Positions 1 to 15,000 of a stretch of 64,000 nt of DNA are shown piece after piece. The position numbers and the translations under genes are program-made. Origin of the DNA: Eledone cirrhosa (taxonomy: Eukaryota); contig OZ024741.1 in the NCBI GenBank assembly GCA_964016885.1, positions 398,226,001 through 398,290,000 of the forward strand, read 5' to 3'. The notes beneath the pieces are model-generated. The model saw only the letters and a program-made list of their open reading frames with translations. It had not been told where the DNA came from and searched no databases. Positions within the stretch are counted from its first letter, which is position 1; each line of letters starts with the position of its first letter.

Positions 1-3000
1 TTAACAATACTGGAACAAAAGGGTTAATATTACAGAATGACAGTGTGTCTCCTTAGCAATACTAGAACAAAAGGGTTAATATTACAGAATGGCAGTGTGT
101 CTCCTTAGCAATACTGGAACAAAAGGGTTAATATTACAGAATGTCAGTGTGTCTCCTTAGCAATACTGGAACAAAAGGGTTAATATTACAGAATGGCAGT
201 GTGTTTTTATAGCAATACTAGAACAAAAGGGTTAATATTACAGAATGGCAGTGTGTCTCCTTCGCAATACTGGAACAAAAGGGTTAATATTACAGAATGA
301 CAGTGTGTCTGCTTAGCAATATGGGAACAAAAGGGTTAATATTACAGAATGAAAAAGTGTCTCCTTAGCAATACTGGAACAAAAGGGTTAATATTAGAGA
401 ATGGCAGTGTGTTTTTATAGCAATACTAGAACAAAAGGGTTAATATTACAGAATGGCAGTGTGTTTTTATAGCAATACTAGAACAAACGGGTTAATATTA
501 CAGAATGGCAGTGTGTCTCCTTCGCAATACTGGAACAAAAGGGTTAATATTACAGAATGACAGTATGTCTCCTTAGCAATACTGGAACAAAAGGGTTAAT
601 ATTACAGAATGACAGTGTGTCTGCTTAGCAATACTAGAACAAAAGGGTTAATATTACAGAATGACAGTGTGTCTCTTTAACAATACTGGAACAAAAGGGT
701 TAATATTACAGAATGACAGTGTGTCTCCTTAGCAATACTAGAACAAAAGGGTTAATATTACAGAATGACAGTGTGTCTCTTTAACAATACTGGAACAAAA
801 GGGTTAATATTACAGAATGAAAGTGTGTCTCCTTAGCAATACTGGAACAAAAGGGTTGATATTACAGAATGACAGTGTGTCTCCTTAGCAATACTGGAAC
901 AAAAGGGTTAATATTACAGAATGGCAGTGTGTCTCCTTAGCAATACTGGAACAAAAGGGTTAATATTACAGAATGACAGTGTGTCTCCTTAGCAAAACTA
1001 GAACAAAAGGGTTAATATTACAGAATGGCAGTGTGTCTCCTTAGCAATACTGGAACAAAAGGGTTAATATTACAGAATGTCAGTGTGTCTCCTTAGCAAT
1101 ACTGGAACAAAAGGGTTAATATTACAGAATGGCAGTGTGTTTTTATAGCAATACTAGAACAAAAGGGTTAATATTACAGAATGGCAGTGTGTCTCCTTCG
1201 CAATACTGGAACAAAAGGGTTAATATTACAGAATGGCAGTGTGTCTCCTTAGCAATACTGGAACAAAAGGGTTAATATCACAGAATGACAGTGTGTCTCC
1301 TTAGCAATACTAGAACAAAAGGGTTAATATTACAGAATGTCAGTGTGTCTCTTTAACAATACTGGAACAAAAGGGTTAATATTACAGAATGACAGTGTGT
1401 TTTTATAGCAATACTAGAACAAAAGGGTTAATATTACAGAATGGCAGTGTGTCTCCTTCGCAATACTGGAACAAAAGGGTTAATATTACAGAATGACAGT
1501 GTGTCTGCTTAGCAATATGGGAACAAAAGGGTTAATATTACAGAATGAAAAAGTGTCTCCTTAGCAATACTGGAACAAAAGGGTTAATATTAGAGAATGG
1601 CAGTGTGTTTTTATAACAATACTAGAACAAAAGGGTTAATATTACAGAATGGCAGTGTGTTTTTATAGCAATACTAGAACAAAAGGGTTAATATTACAGA
1701 ATGGCAGTGTGTCTCCTTCGCAATACTGGAACAAAAGGGTTAATATTACAGAATGACAGTATGTCTCCTTAGCAATACTGGAACAAAAGGGTTAATATTA
1801 CAGAATGACAGTGTGTCTCCTTAGCAATACTAGAACAAAAGGGTTAATATTACAGAATGACAGTGTGTCTCTTTAACAATACTGGAACAAAAGGGTTAAT
1901 ATTACAGAATGACTGTGTGTCTCCTTAGCAATACTGGAACAAAAGGGTTGATATTACAGAATGGCAGTGTGTTTCCTTAGCATTACTGGAACAAAAGGGT
2001 TAATATTACAGAATGACAGTGTGTCTGCTTAGCAATATGGGAACAAAAGGGTTAATATTACAGAATGACAGTGTGTCTGCTTAGCAATACTGGAACAAAA
2101 GGGTTAATATTACAGAATGACAGTGTGTCTCCTTAGCAATACTGGAACAAAAGGGTTAATATTACAGAATGTCAGTGTGTCTCCTTAGCAATACTGGAAC
2201 AAAAGGGTTAATATTACAGAATGTCAGTGTGTCTCCTTAGCAATACTGGAACAAAAGGGTTAATATTACAGAATGGCAGTGTGTTTTTATAGCAATACTA
2301 GAACAAAAGGGTTAATATTACAGAATCACAGTGTGTCTCCTTAGCAACACTAGAACAAAAGGGTTAATATTACAGAATGACAGTGTGTCTGCTTAGCAAT
2401 ATGGGAACAAAAGGGTTAATATTACAGAATGACAGTGTGTCTCCTTAGCAATACTAGAACAAAAGGGTTAATATTTAAGAATGACTGTGTCTCTTTAACA
2501 ATACTGGAACAAAAGGGTTAATATTACAGAATGACAGTGTGTCTCCTTAGCAATACTGTAACAAAAGGGTTAATATTACAGAATGACAGTGTGTTTCCTT
2601 AGCAATACAGGAACAAAAGGGTTAATATTACAGAATGACAGTGTGTCTCCTTAGCAATACTGGAACGAAAGGGTTAATATTACAGAATGACAGTGTGTCT
2701 CCTTAGCAATACTGGAACAAAAGGGTTAATATTACAGAATGACAGTGTGTTTCCTTAGCAATACTGGAACAAAAGGGTTAATATTACAGAATGACAGTGT
2801 GCCTCCTTAGCAATACTGTAACAAAAGGGTTAATATTACAGAATGACAGTGTGTCTCCTTAGCAATACTGGAACAAAAGGGTTAATATTACAGAATGACA
2901 GTGTGTCTCCTTAGCAATACTGGAACGAAAGGGTTAATATTACAGAATGGCAGTGTGTATCCTTAGCAATACTGGAACAAAAGGGTTAATATTACAGAAT

Positions 3001-6000
3001 GGCAGTGTGTTTTTATAGCAATACTAGAACAAAAGGGTTAATATTACAGAATGGCAGTGTGTCTCCTTCGCAATACTGGAACAAAAGGGTTAATATTACA
3101 GAATGACAGTGTGTCTGCTTAGCAATATGGTAACAAAAGGGTTAATATTACAGAATGACAGTGTGTCTCCTTAGCAATACTGGAACAAAAGGGTTAATAT
3201 TATAGTATGGCAGTGTGTCTCCTTAGCAATACTGGAACAAAAGGGTTAATATTACAGAATGGCAGTGTGTCTCCTTCGCAATACTGGAACAAAAGGGTTA
3301 ATATTACAGAATGACAGTGTGTCTGCTTAGCAATATGGGAACAAAAGGGTTAATATTACAGAATGACAGTGTGTCTCCTTAGCAATACTAGAACAAAAGG
3401 GTTAATATTACAGAATGACAGTGTGTCTCTTTAACAATACTGGAACAAAAGGGTTAATATTACAGAATGACAGTGTGTCTCCTTAGCAATACTGGAACAA
3501 AAGGGTTGATATTACAGAATGGCAGTGTGTTTCCTTAGCATTACTGGAACAAAAGGGTTAATATTACAGAATGACAGTGTGTTTCCTTAGCAATACTGGA
3601 ACAAAAGGGTTAATATTACAGAATGACAGTGTGTCTCCTTAGCAATACTGGAACAAAAGGGTTAATATTACAGAATGACAGTGTGTCTCCTTAGCTATAC
3701 TGGAACAAAAGGGTTAATATTACAGAATGACAGTGTTTCCTTAGCAATACTGGAACAAAAGGGTTAATATTACAAAATGACAGTGTGTCTCCTTAGCAAT
3801 ACTGGAACAAAAGGGTTAATATTACAGAATGACAGTGTGTTTCCTTAGTAATACTAGAACAAAAGCGTTAATATTACAGAATGACAGTGTGTCTCCTTAG
3901 CAATACTAGAACAAAAGGGTTAATATTACAGAATGGCAGTGTGTCTCCTTAGCAATACTGGAACAAAAGGGTTAATATTACAGAATAACGGTGTGTCTCC
4001 TTAGCAATACTGGAACAAAAGGGTTAATATTACAGAATGATAGTGTGTCTCCTTAGCAATACTGGAACAAAAGGGTTAATATTACAGAATGACAGTGTGT
4101 CTCCTTAGCAATACTGTAACAAAAGGGTTAATATTACAGAATGACAGTGTGTCTCCTTAGCAATACTGGAACAAAAGGGTTAATATTACAGAATGGCAGT
4201 GTGTCTCCTTAGCAATACTGGAACAAAAGGGTTAATATTACAGAATGACAGTGTGTCTCCTTAGCAAAACTAGAACAAAAGGGTTAATATTACAGAATGG
4301 CAGTGTGTCTCCTTAGCAATACTGGAACAAAAGGGTTAATATTACAGAATGTCAGTGTGTCTCCTTAGCAATACTGGAACAAAAGGGTTAATATTACAGA
4401 ATGGCAGTGTGTTTTTATAGCAATACTAGAACAAAAGGGTTAATATTACAGAATGGCAGTGTGTCTCCTTCGTAATACTGGAACAAAAGGGTTAATATTA
4501 CAGAATGGCAGTGTGTCTCCTTAGCAATACTGGAACAAAAGGGTTAATATCACAGAATGACAGTGTGTCTCCTTAGCAATACTAGAACAAAAGGGTTAAT
4601 ATTACAGAATGACAGTGTGTCTCTTTAACAATACTGGAACAAAAGGGTTAATATTACAGAATGGCAGTGTGTCTCCTTAGCAATACTAGAACAAAAGGGT
4701 TAATATTACAGAATGGCAGTGTGTCTCCTTAGCAATACTGGAACAAAAGGGTTAATATTACAGAATGTCAGTGTGTCTCCTTAGCAATACTGGAACAAAA
4801 GGGTTAATATTACAGAATGGCAGTGTGTTTTTATAGCAATACTAGAACAAAAGGGTTAATATTACAGAATGGCAGTGTGTCTCCTTCGCAATACTGGAAC
4901 AAAAGGGTTAATATTACAGAATGACAGTGTGTCTGCTTAGCAATATGGGAACAAAAGGGTTAATATTACAGAATGAAAAAGTGTCTCCTTAGCAATACTG
5001 GAACAAAAGGGTTAATATTAGAGAATGGCAGTGTGTTTTTATAGCAATACTAGAACAAAAGGGTTAATATTACAGAATGGCAGTGTGTTTTTATAGCAAT
5101 ACTAGAACAAAAGGGTTAATATTACAGAATGGCAGTGTGTCTCCTTCGCAATACTGGAACAAAAGGGTTAATATTACAGAATGACAGTATGTCTCCTTAG
5201 CAATACTGGAACAAAAGGGTTAATATTACAGAATGACAGTGTGTCTCCTTAGCAATACTAGAACAAAAGGGTTAATATTACAGAATGACAGTGTGTCTCT
5301 TTAACAATACTGGAACAAAAGGGTTAATATTACAGAATGACAGTGTGTCTCCTTAGCAATACTAGAACAAAAGGGTTAATATTACAGAATGACAGTGTGT
5401 CTCTTTAACAATACTGGAACAAAAGGGTTAATATTACAGAATGAAAGTGTGTCTCCTTAGCAATACTGGAACAAAAGGGTTGATATTACAGAATGACAGT
5501 GTGTCTCCTTAGCAATACTAGAACAAAAGGGTTAATATTACAGAATGACAGTGTGTCTATTTAACAATACTGGAACAAAAGGGTTAATATCACAGAATGA
5601 CAGTGTGTCTCCTTAGCAATACTAGAACAAAAGGGTTAATATTACAGAATGGCAGTGTGTCTCCTTAGCAATACTGGAACAAAAGGGTTAATATTACAGA
5701 ATGGCAGTGTGTTTTTATAGCAATACTAGAACAAAAGGGTTAATATTACAGAATGTCAGTGTGTCTCCTTAGCAATACTGGAACAAAAGGGTTAATATTA
5801 CAGAATGACGTTTTGTTTCCTTAGCAATACTGGAACAAAAGGGTTAATATTACAGAATGGCAGTGTGTCTCCTTAGCAATACTGGAACAAAAGGGTTAAT
5901 ATTACAGAATGACAGTGTGTCTCCTTAGCAAAACTAGAACAAAAGGGTTAATATTACAGAATGGCAGTGTGTCTCCTTAGCAATACTGGAACAAAAGGGT

Positions 6001-9000
6001 TAATATTACAGAATGTCAGTGTGTCTCCTTAGCAATACTGGAACAAAAGGGTTAATATTACAGAATGGCAGTGTGTTTTTATAGCAATACTAGAACAAAA
6101 GGGTTAATATTACAGAATGGCAGTGTGTCTCCTTCGTAATACTGGAACAAAAGGGTTAATATTACAGAATGGCAGTGTGTCTCCTTAGCAATACTGGAAC
6201 AAAAGGGTTAATATCACAGAATGACAGTGTGTCTCCTTAGCAATACTAGAACAAAAGGGTTAATATTACAGAATGACGGTGTGTCTCTTTAACAATACTG
6301 GAACAAAAGGGTTAATATTACAGAATGACAGTGTGTCTCCTTAGCAATACTAGAACAAAAGGGTTAATATTACAGAATGGCAGTGTGTCTCCTTAGCAAT
6401 ACTGGAACAAAAGGGTTAATATTACAGAATGTCAGTGTGTCTCCTTAGCAATACTGGAACAAAAGGGTTAATATTACAGAATGGCAGTGTGTTTTTATAG
6501 CAATACTAGAACAAAAGGGTTAATATTACAGAATGGCAGTGTGTCTCCTTCGCAATACTGGAACAAAAGGGTTAATATTACAGAATGACAGTGTGTCTGC
6601 TTAGCAATATGGGAACAAAAGGGTTAATATTACAGAATGAAAAAGTGTCTCCTTAGCAATACTGGAACAAAAGGGTTAATATTAGAGAATGGCAGTGTGT
6701 TTTTATAGCAATACTAGAACAAAAGGGTTAATATTACAGAATGGCAGTGTGTTTTTATAGCAATACTAGAACAAAAGGGTTAATATTACAGAATGGCAGT
6801 GTGTCTCCTTCGCAATACTGGAACAAAAGGGTTAATATTACAGAATGACAGTATGTCTCCTTAGCAATACTGGAACAAAAGGGTTAATATTACAGAATGA
6901 CAGTGTGTCTCCTTAGCAATACTAGAACAAAAGGGTTAATATTACAGAATGACAGTGTGTCTCTTTAACAATACTGGAACAAAAGGGTTAATATTACAGA
7001 ATGACAGTGTGTCTCCTTAGCTATACTGGAACAAAAGGGTTAATATTACAGAATGACAGTGTTTCCTTAGCAATACTGGAACAAAAGGGTTAATATTACA
7101 AAATGACAGTGTGTCTCCTTAGCAATACTGGAACAAAAGGGTTAATATTACAGAATGACAGTGTGTTTCCTTAGTAATACTAGAACAAAAGCGTTAATAT
7201 TACAGAATGACAGTGTGTCTCCTTAGCAATACTAGAACAAAAGGGTTAATATTACAGAATGGCAGTGTGTCTCCTTAGCAATACTGGAACAAAAGGGTTA
7301 ATATTACAGAATAACGGTGTGTCTCCTTAGCAATACTGGAACAAAAGGGTTAATATTACAGAATGATAGTGTGTCTCCTTAGCAATACTGGAACAAAAGG
7401 GTTAATATTACAGAATGACAGTGTGTCTCCTTAGCAATACTGTAACAAAAGGGTTAATATTACAGAATGACAGTGTGTCTCCTTAGCAATACTGGAACAA
7501 AAGGGTTAATATTACAGAATGGCAGTGTGTCTCCTTAGCAATACTGGAACAAAAGGGTTAATATTACAGAATGACAGTGTGTCTCCTTAGCAAAACTAGA
7601 ACAAAAGGGTTAATATTACAGAATGGCAGTGTGTCTCCTTAGCAATACTGGAACAAAAGGGTTAATATTACAGAATGTCAGTGTGTCTCCTTAGCAATAC
7701 TGGAACAAAAGGGTTAATATTACAGAATGGCAGTGTGTTTTTATAGCAATACTAGAACAAAAGGGTTAATATTACAGAATGGCAGTGTGTCTCCTTCGTA
7801 ATACTGGAACAAAAGGGTTAATATTACAGAATGGCAGTGTGTCTCCTTAGCAATACTGGAACAAAAGGGTTAATATCACAGAATGACAGTGTGTCTCCTT
7901 AGCAATACTAGAACAAAAGGGTTAATATTACAGAATGACAGTGTGTCTCTTTAACAATACTGGAACAAAAGGGTTAATATTACAGAATGACAGTGTGTCT
8001 CCTTAGCAATACTAGAACAAAAGGGTTAATATTACAGAATGGCAGCGTGTCTCCTTAGCAATACTGGAACAAAAGGGTTAATATTACAGAATGTCAGTGT
8101 GTCTCCTTAGCAATACTGGAACAAAAGGGTTAATATTACAGAATGGCAGTGTGTTTTTATAGCAATACTAGAACAAAAGGGTTAATATTACAGAATGGCA
8201 GTGTGTCTCCTTCGCAATACTGGAACAAAAGGGTTAATATTACAGTATGACAGTGTGTCTGCTTAGCAATATGGGAACAAAAGGGTTAATATTACAGAAT
8301 GAAAAAGTGTCTCCTTAGCAATACTGGAACAAAAGGGTTAATATTAGAGAATGGCAGTGTGTTTTTATAGCAATACTAGAACAAAAGGGTTAATATTACA
8401 GAATGACAGTGTGTCTCTTTAACAATACTGGAACAAAAGGGTTAATATTACAGAATGACAGTGTGTCTCTTTAACAATACTGGAACAAAAGGGTTAATAT
8501 TACAGAATGACAGTGTGTCTCCTTAGCAATACTAGAACAAAAGGGTTAATATTACAGAATGACAGTGTGTCTCTTTAACAATACTGGAACAAAAGGGTTA
8601 ATATTACAGAATGAAAGTGTGTCTCCTTAGCAATACTGGAACAAAAGGGTTGATATTACAGAATGACAGTGTGTCTCCTTAGCAATACTAGAACAAAAGG
8701 GTTAATATTACAGAATGACAGTGTGTCTATTTAACAATACTGGAACAAAAGGGTTAATATCACAGAATGACAGTGTGTCTCCTTAGCAATACTAGAACAA
8801 AAGGGTTAATATTACAGAATGGCAGTGTGTCTCCTTAGCAATACTGGAACAAAAGGGTTAATATTACAGAATGGCAGTGTGTTTTTATAGCAATACTAGA
8901 ACAAAAGGGTTAATATTACAGAATGTCAGTGTGTCTCCTTAGCAATACTGGAACAAAAGGGTTAATATTACAGAATGACGTTTTGTTTCCTTAGCAATAC

Positions 9001-12000
9001 TGGAACAAAAGGGTTAATATTACAGAATGGCAGTGTGTCTCCTTAGCAATACTGGAACAAAAGGGTTAATATTACAGAATGACAGTGTGTCTCCTTAGCA
9101 AAACTAGAACAAAAGGGTTAATATTACAGAATGGCAGTGTGTCTCCTTAGCAATACTGGAACAAAAGGGTTAATATTACAGAATGTCAGTGTGTCTCCTT
9201 AGCAATACTGGAACAAAAGGGTTAATATTACAGAATGGCAGTGTGTTTTTATAGCAATACTAGAACAAAAGGGTTAATATTACAGAATGGCAGTGTGTCT
9301 TCTTCGTAATACTGGAACAAAAGGGTTAATATTACAGAATGGCAGTGTGTCTCCTTAGCAATACTGGAACAAAAGGGTTAATATCACAGAATGACAGTGT
9401 GTCTCCTTAGCAATACTAGAACAAAAGGGTTAATATTACAGAATGACAGTGTGTCTCTTTAACAATACTGGAACAAAAGGGTTAATATTACAGAATGACA
9501 GTGTGTCTCCTTAGCAATACTAGAACAAAAGGGTTAATATTACAGAATGGCAGTGTGTCTCCTTAGCAATACTGGAACAAAAGGGTTAATATTATAGAAT
9601 GTCAGTGTGTCTCCTTAGCAATACTGGAACAAAAGGGTTAATATTACAGAATGGCAGTGTGTTTTTATAGCAATACTAGAACAAAAGGGTTAATATTACA
9701 GAATGGCAGTGTGTCTCCTTCGCAATACTGGAACAAAAGGGTTAATATTACAGAATGACAGTGTGTCTGCTTAGCAATATGGGAACAAAAGGGTTAATAT
9801 TACAGAATGAAAAAGTGTCTCCTTAGCAATACTGGAACAAAAGGGTTAATATTAGAGAATGGCAGTGTGTTTTTATAGCAATACTAGAACAAAAGGGTTA
9901 ATATTACAGAATGGCAGTGTGTTTTTATAGCAATACTAGAACAAAAGGGTTAATATTACAGAATGGCAGTGTGTCTCCTTCGCAATACTGGAACAAAAGG
10001 GTTAATATTACAGAATGACAGTATGTCTCCTTAGCAATACTGGAACAAAAGGGTTAATATTACAGAATGACAGTGTGTCTCCTTAGCAATACTGGAACAA
10101 AAGGGTTAATATTACAGAATGTCAGTGTGTCTCCTTAGCAATACTGGAACAAAAGGGTTAATATTACAGAATGGCAGTGTGTTTTTATAGCAATACTAGA
10201 ACAAAAGGGTTAATATTACAGAATGGCAGTGTGTCTTCTTCGTAATACTGGAACAAAAGGGTTAATATTACAGAATGGCAGTGTGTCTCCTTAGCAATAC
10301 TGGAACAAAAGGGTTAATATCACAGAATGACAGTGTGTCTCCTTAGCAATACTAGAACAAAAGGGTTAATATTACAGAATGACAGTGTGTCTCTTTAACA
10401 ATACTGGAACAAAAGGGTTAATATTACAGAATGACAGTGTGTCTCCTTAGCAATACTAGAACAAAAGGGTTAATATTACAGAATGGCAGTGTGTCTCCTT
10501 AGCAATACTGGAACAAAAGGGTTAATATTACAGAATGTCAGTGTGTCTCCTTAGCAATACTGGAACAAAAGGGTTAATATTACAGAATGGCAGTGTGTTT
10601 TTATAGCAATACTAGAACAAAAGGGTTAATATTACAGAATGGCAGTGTGTCTCCTTCGCAATACTGGAACAAAAGGGTTAATATTACAGAATGACAGTGT
10701 GTCTGCTTAGCAATATGGGAACAAAAGGGTTAATATTACAGAATGAAAAAGTGTCTCCTTAGCAATACTGGAACAAAAGGGTTAATATTAGAGAATGGCA
10801 GTGTGTTTTTATAGCAATACTAGAACAAAAGGGTTAATATTACAGAATGGCAGTGTGTTTTTATAGCAATACTAGAACAAAAGGGTTAATATTACAGAAT
10901 GGCAGTGTGTCTCCTTCGCAATACTGGAACAAAAGGGTTAATATTACAGAATGACAGTATGTCTCCTTAGCAATACTGGAACAAAAGGGTTAATATTACA
11001 GAATGACAGTGTGTCTCCTTAGCAATACTAGAACAAAAGGGTTAATATTACAGAATGACAGTGTGTCTCTTTAACAATACTGGAACAAAAGGGTTAATAT
11101 TACAGAATGACAGTGTGTCTCCTTAGCAATACTAGAACAAAAGGGTTAATATTACAGAATGACAGTGTGTCTCTTTAACAATACTGGAACAAAAGGGTTA
11201 ATATTACAGAATGAAAGTGTGTCTATTTAACAATACTGGAACAAAAGGGTTAATATTACAGAATGGCAGTGTGTTTTTATAGCAATACTAGAACAAAAGG
11301 GTTAATATTACAGAATGTCAGTGTGTCTCCTTAGCAATACTGGAACAAAAGGGTTAATATTACAGAATGGCAGTGTGTCTCCTTAGCAATACTGGAACAA
11401 AAGGGTTAATATTACAGAATGACAGTGTGTCTCCTTAGCAATACTGGAACAAAAGGGTTAATATTACAGAATGGCAGTGTGTTTTTATAGCAATACTAGA
11501 ACAAAAGGGTTAATATTACAGAATGGCAGTGTGTCTCCTTCGCAATACTGGAACAAAAGGGTTAATATTACAGAATGACAGTGTGTCTGCTTAGCAATAT
11601 GGGAACAAAAGGGTTAATATTACAGAATGAAAAAGTGTCTCCTTAGCAATACTGGAACAAAAGGGTTAATATTAGAGAATGGCAGTGTGTTTTTATAGCA
11701 ATACTAGAACAAAAGGGTTAATATTACAGAATGGCAGTGTGTTTTTATAGCAATACTAGAACAAAAGGGTTAATATTACAGAATGGCAGTGTGTCTCCTT
11801 CGCAATACTGGAACAAAAGGGTTAATATTACAGAATGACAGTATGTCTCCTTAGCAATACTGGAACAAAAGGGTTAATATTACAGAATGACAGTGTGTCT
11901 CCTTAGCAATACTAGAACAAAAGGGTTAATATTACAGAATGACAGTGTGTCTCTTTAACAATACTGGAACAAAAGGGTTAATATTACAGAATGACAGTGT

Positions 12001-12010
12001 GTCTCCTTAG

Positions 12011-15000
12011 CTATACTGGAACAAAAGGGTTAATATTACAGAATGACAGTGTTTCCTTAGCAATACTGGAACAAAAGGGTTAATATTACAAAATGACAGT
12101 GTGTCTCCTTAGCAATACTGGAACAAAAGGGTTAATATTACAGAATGACAGTGTGTTTCCTTAGCAATACTAGAACAAAAGGGTTAATATTACAGAATGG
12201 CAGTGTGTCTCCTTAGCAATACTGGAACAAAAGGGTTAATATTACAGAATAACGGTGTGTCTCCTTAGCAATACTGGAAGAAAAGGGTTAATATTACAGA
12301 ATGATAGTGTGTCTCCTTAGCAATACTGGAACAAAAGGGTTAATATTACAGAATGACAGTGTGTCTCCTTAGCAATACTGTAACAAAAGGGTTAATATTA
12401 CAGAATGACAGTGTGTCTCCTTAGCAATACTGGAACAAAAGGGTTAATATTACAGAATGGCAGTGTGTCTCCTTAGCAATACTGGAACAAAAGGGTTAAT
12501 ATTACAGAATGACAGTGTGTCTCCTTAGCAAAACTAGAACAAAAGGGTTAATATTACAGAATGGCAGTGTGTCTCCTTAGCAATACTGGAACAAAAGGGT
12601 TAATATTACAGAATGTCAGTGTGTCTCCTTAGCAATACTGGAACAAAAGGGTTAATATTACAGAATGGCAGTGTGTTTTTATAGCAATACTAGAACAAAA
12701 GGGTTAATATTACAGAATGGCAGTGTGTCTCCTTCGCAATACTGGAACAAAAGGGTTAATATTACAGAATGACAGTGTGTCTGCTTAGCAATATGGGAAC
12801 AAAAGGGTTAATATTACAGAATGAAAAAGTGTCTCCTTAGCAATACTGGAACAAAAGGGTTAATATTAGAGAATGGCAGTGTGTTTTTATAGCAATACTA
12901 GAACAAAAGGGTTAATATTACAGAATGGCAGTGTGTTTTTATAGCAATACTAGAACAAAAGGGTTAATATTACAGAATGGCAGTGTGTCTCCTTCGCAAT
13001 ACTGGAACAAAAGGGTTAATATTACAGAATGACAGTATGTCTCCTTAGCAATACTGGAACAAAAGGGTTAATATTACAGAATGACAGTGTGTCTCCTTAG
13101 CAATACTAGAACAAAAGGGTTAATATTACAGAATGACAGTGTGTCTCTTTAACAATACTGGAACAAAAGGGTTAATATTACAGAATGACAGTGTGTCTCC
13201 TTAGCAATACTAGAACAAAAGGGTTAATATTACAGAATGACAGTGTGTCTCTTTAACAATACTGGAACAAAAGGGTTAATATTACAGAATGAAAGTGTGT
13301 CTATTTAACAATACTGGAACAAAAGGGTTAATATTACAGAATGGCAGTGTGTTTTTATAGCAATACTAGAACAAAAGGGTTAATATTACAGAATGTCAGT
13401 GTGTCTCCTTAGCAATACTGGAACAAAAGGGTTAATATTACAGAATGGCAGTGTGTCTCCTTAGCAATACTGGAACAAAAGGGTTAATATTACAGAATGA
13501 CAGTGTGTCTCCTTAGCAATACTGGAACAAAAGGGTTAATATTACAGAATGGCAGTGTGTTTTTATAGCAATACTAGAACAAAAGGGTTAATATTACAGA
13601 ATGGCAGTGTGTCTCCTTCGCAATACTGGAACAAAAGGGTTAATATTACAGAATGACAGTGTGTCTGCTTAGCAATATGGGAACAAAAGGGTTAATATTA
13701 CAGAATGAAAAAGTGTCTCCTTAGCAATACTGGAACAAAAGGGTTAATATTAGAGAATGGCAGTGTGTTTTTATAGCAATACTAGAACAAAAGGGTTAAT
13801 ATTACAGAATGGCAGTGTGTTTTTATAGCAATACTAGAACAAAAGGGTTAATATTACAGAATGGCAGTGTGTCTCCTTCGCAATACTGGAACAAAAGGGT
13901 TAATATTACAGAATGACAGTATGTCTCCTTAGCAATACTGGAACAAAAGGGTTAATATTACAGAATGACAGTGTGTCTCCTTAGCAATACTAGAACAAAA
14001 GGGTTAATATTACAGAATGACAGTGTGTCTCTTTAACAATACTGGAACAAAAGGGTTAATATTACAGAATGACAGTGTGTCTCCTTAGCTATACTGGAAC
14101 AAAAGGGTTAATATTACAGAATGACAGTGTTTCCTTAGCAATACTGGAACAAAAGGGTTAATATTACAAAATGACAGTGTGTCTCCTTAGCAATACTGGA
14201 ACAAAAGGGTTAATATTACAGAATGACAGTGTGTTTCCTTAGTAATACTAGAACAAAAGCGTTAATATTACAGAATGACAGTGTGTCTCCTTAGCAATAC
14301 TGGAACAAAAGGGTTAATATCACAGAATGACAGTGTGTCTCCTTAGCAATACTAGAACAAAAGGGTTAATATTACAGAATGACAGTGTGTCTCTTTAACA
14401 ATACTGGAACAAAAGGGTTAATATTACAGAATGACAGTGTGTCTCTTTAACAATACTGGAACAAAAGGGTTAATATTACAGAATGGCAGTGTGTCTCCTT
14501 AGCAATACTGGAACAAAAGGGTTAATATCACAGAATGACAGTGTGTCTCCTTAGCAATACTAGAACAAAAGGGTTAATATTACAGAATGACAGTGTGTCT
14601 CTTTAACAATACTGGAACAAAAGGGTTAATATTACAGAATGACAGTGTGTCTCCTTAGCAATACTAGAACAAAAGGGTTAATATTACAGAATGGCAGTGT
14701 GTCTCCTTAGCAATACTGGAACAAAAGGGTTAATATTACAGAATGTCAGTGTGTCTCCTTAGCAATACTGGAACAAAAGGGTTAATATTACAGAATGGCA
14801 GTGTGTTTTTATAGCAATACTAGAACAAAAGGGTTAATATTACAGAATGGCAGTGTGTCTCCTTCGCAATACTGGACCAAAAGGGTTAATATTACAGAAT
14901 GACAGTGTGTCTGCTTAGCAATATGGGAACAAAAGGGTTAATATTACAGAATGAAAAAGTGTCTCCTTAGCAATACTGGAACAAAAGGGTTAATATTAGA

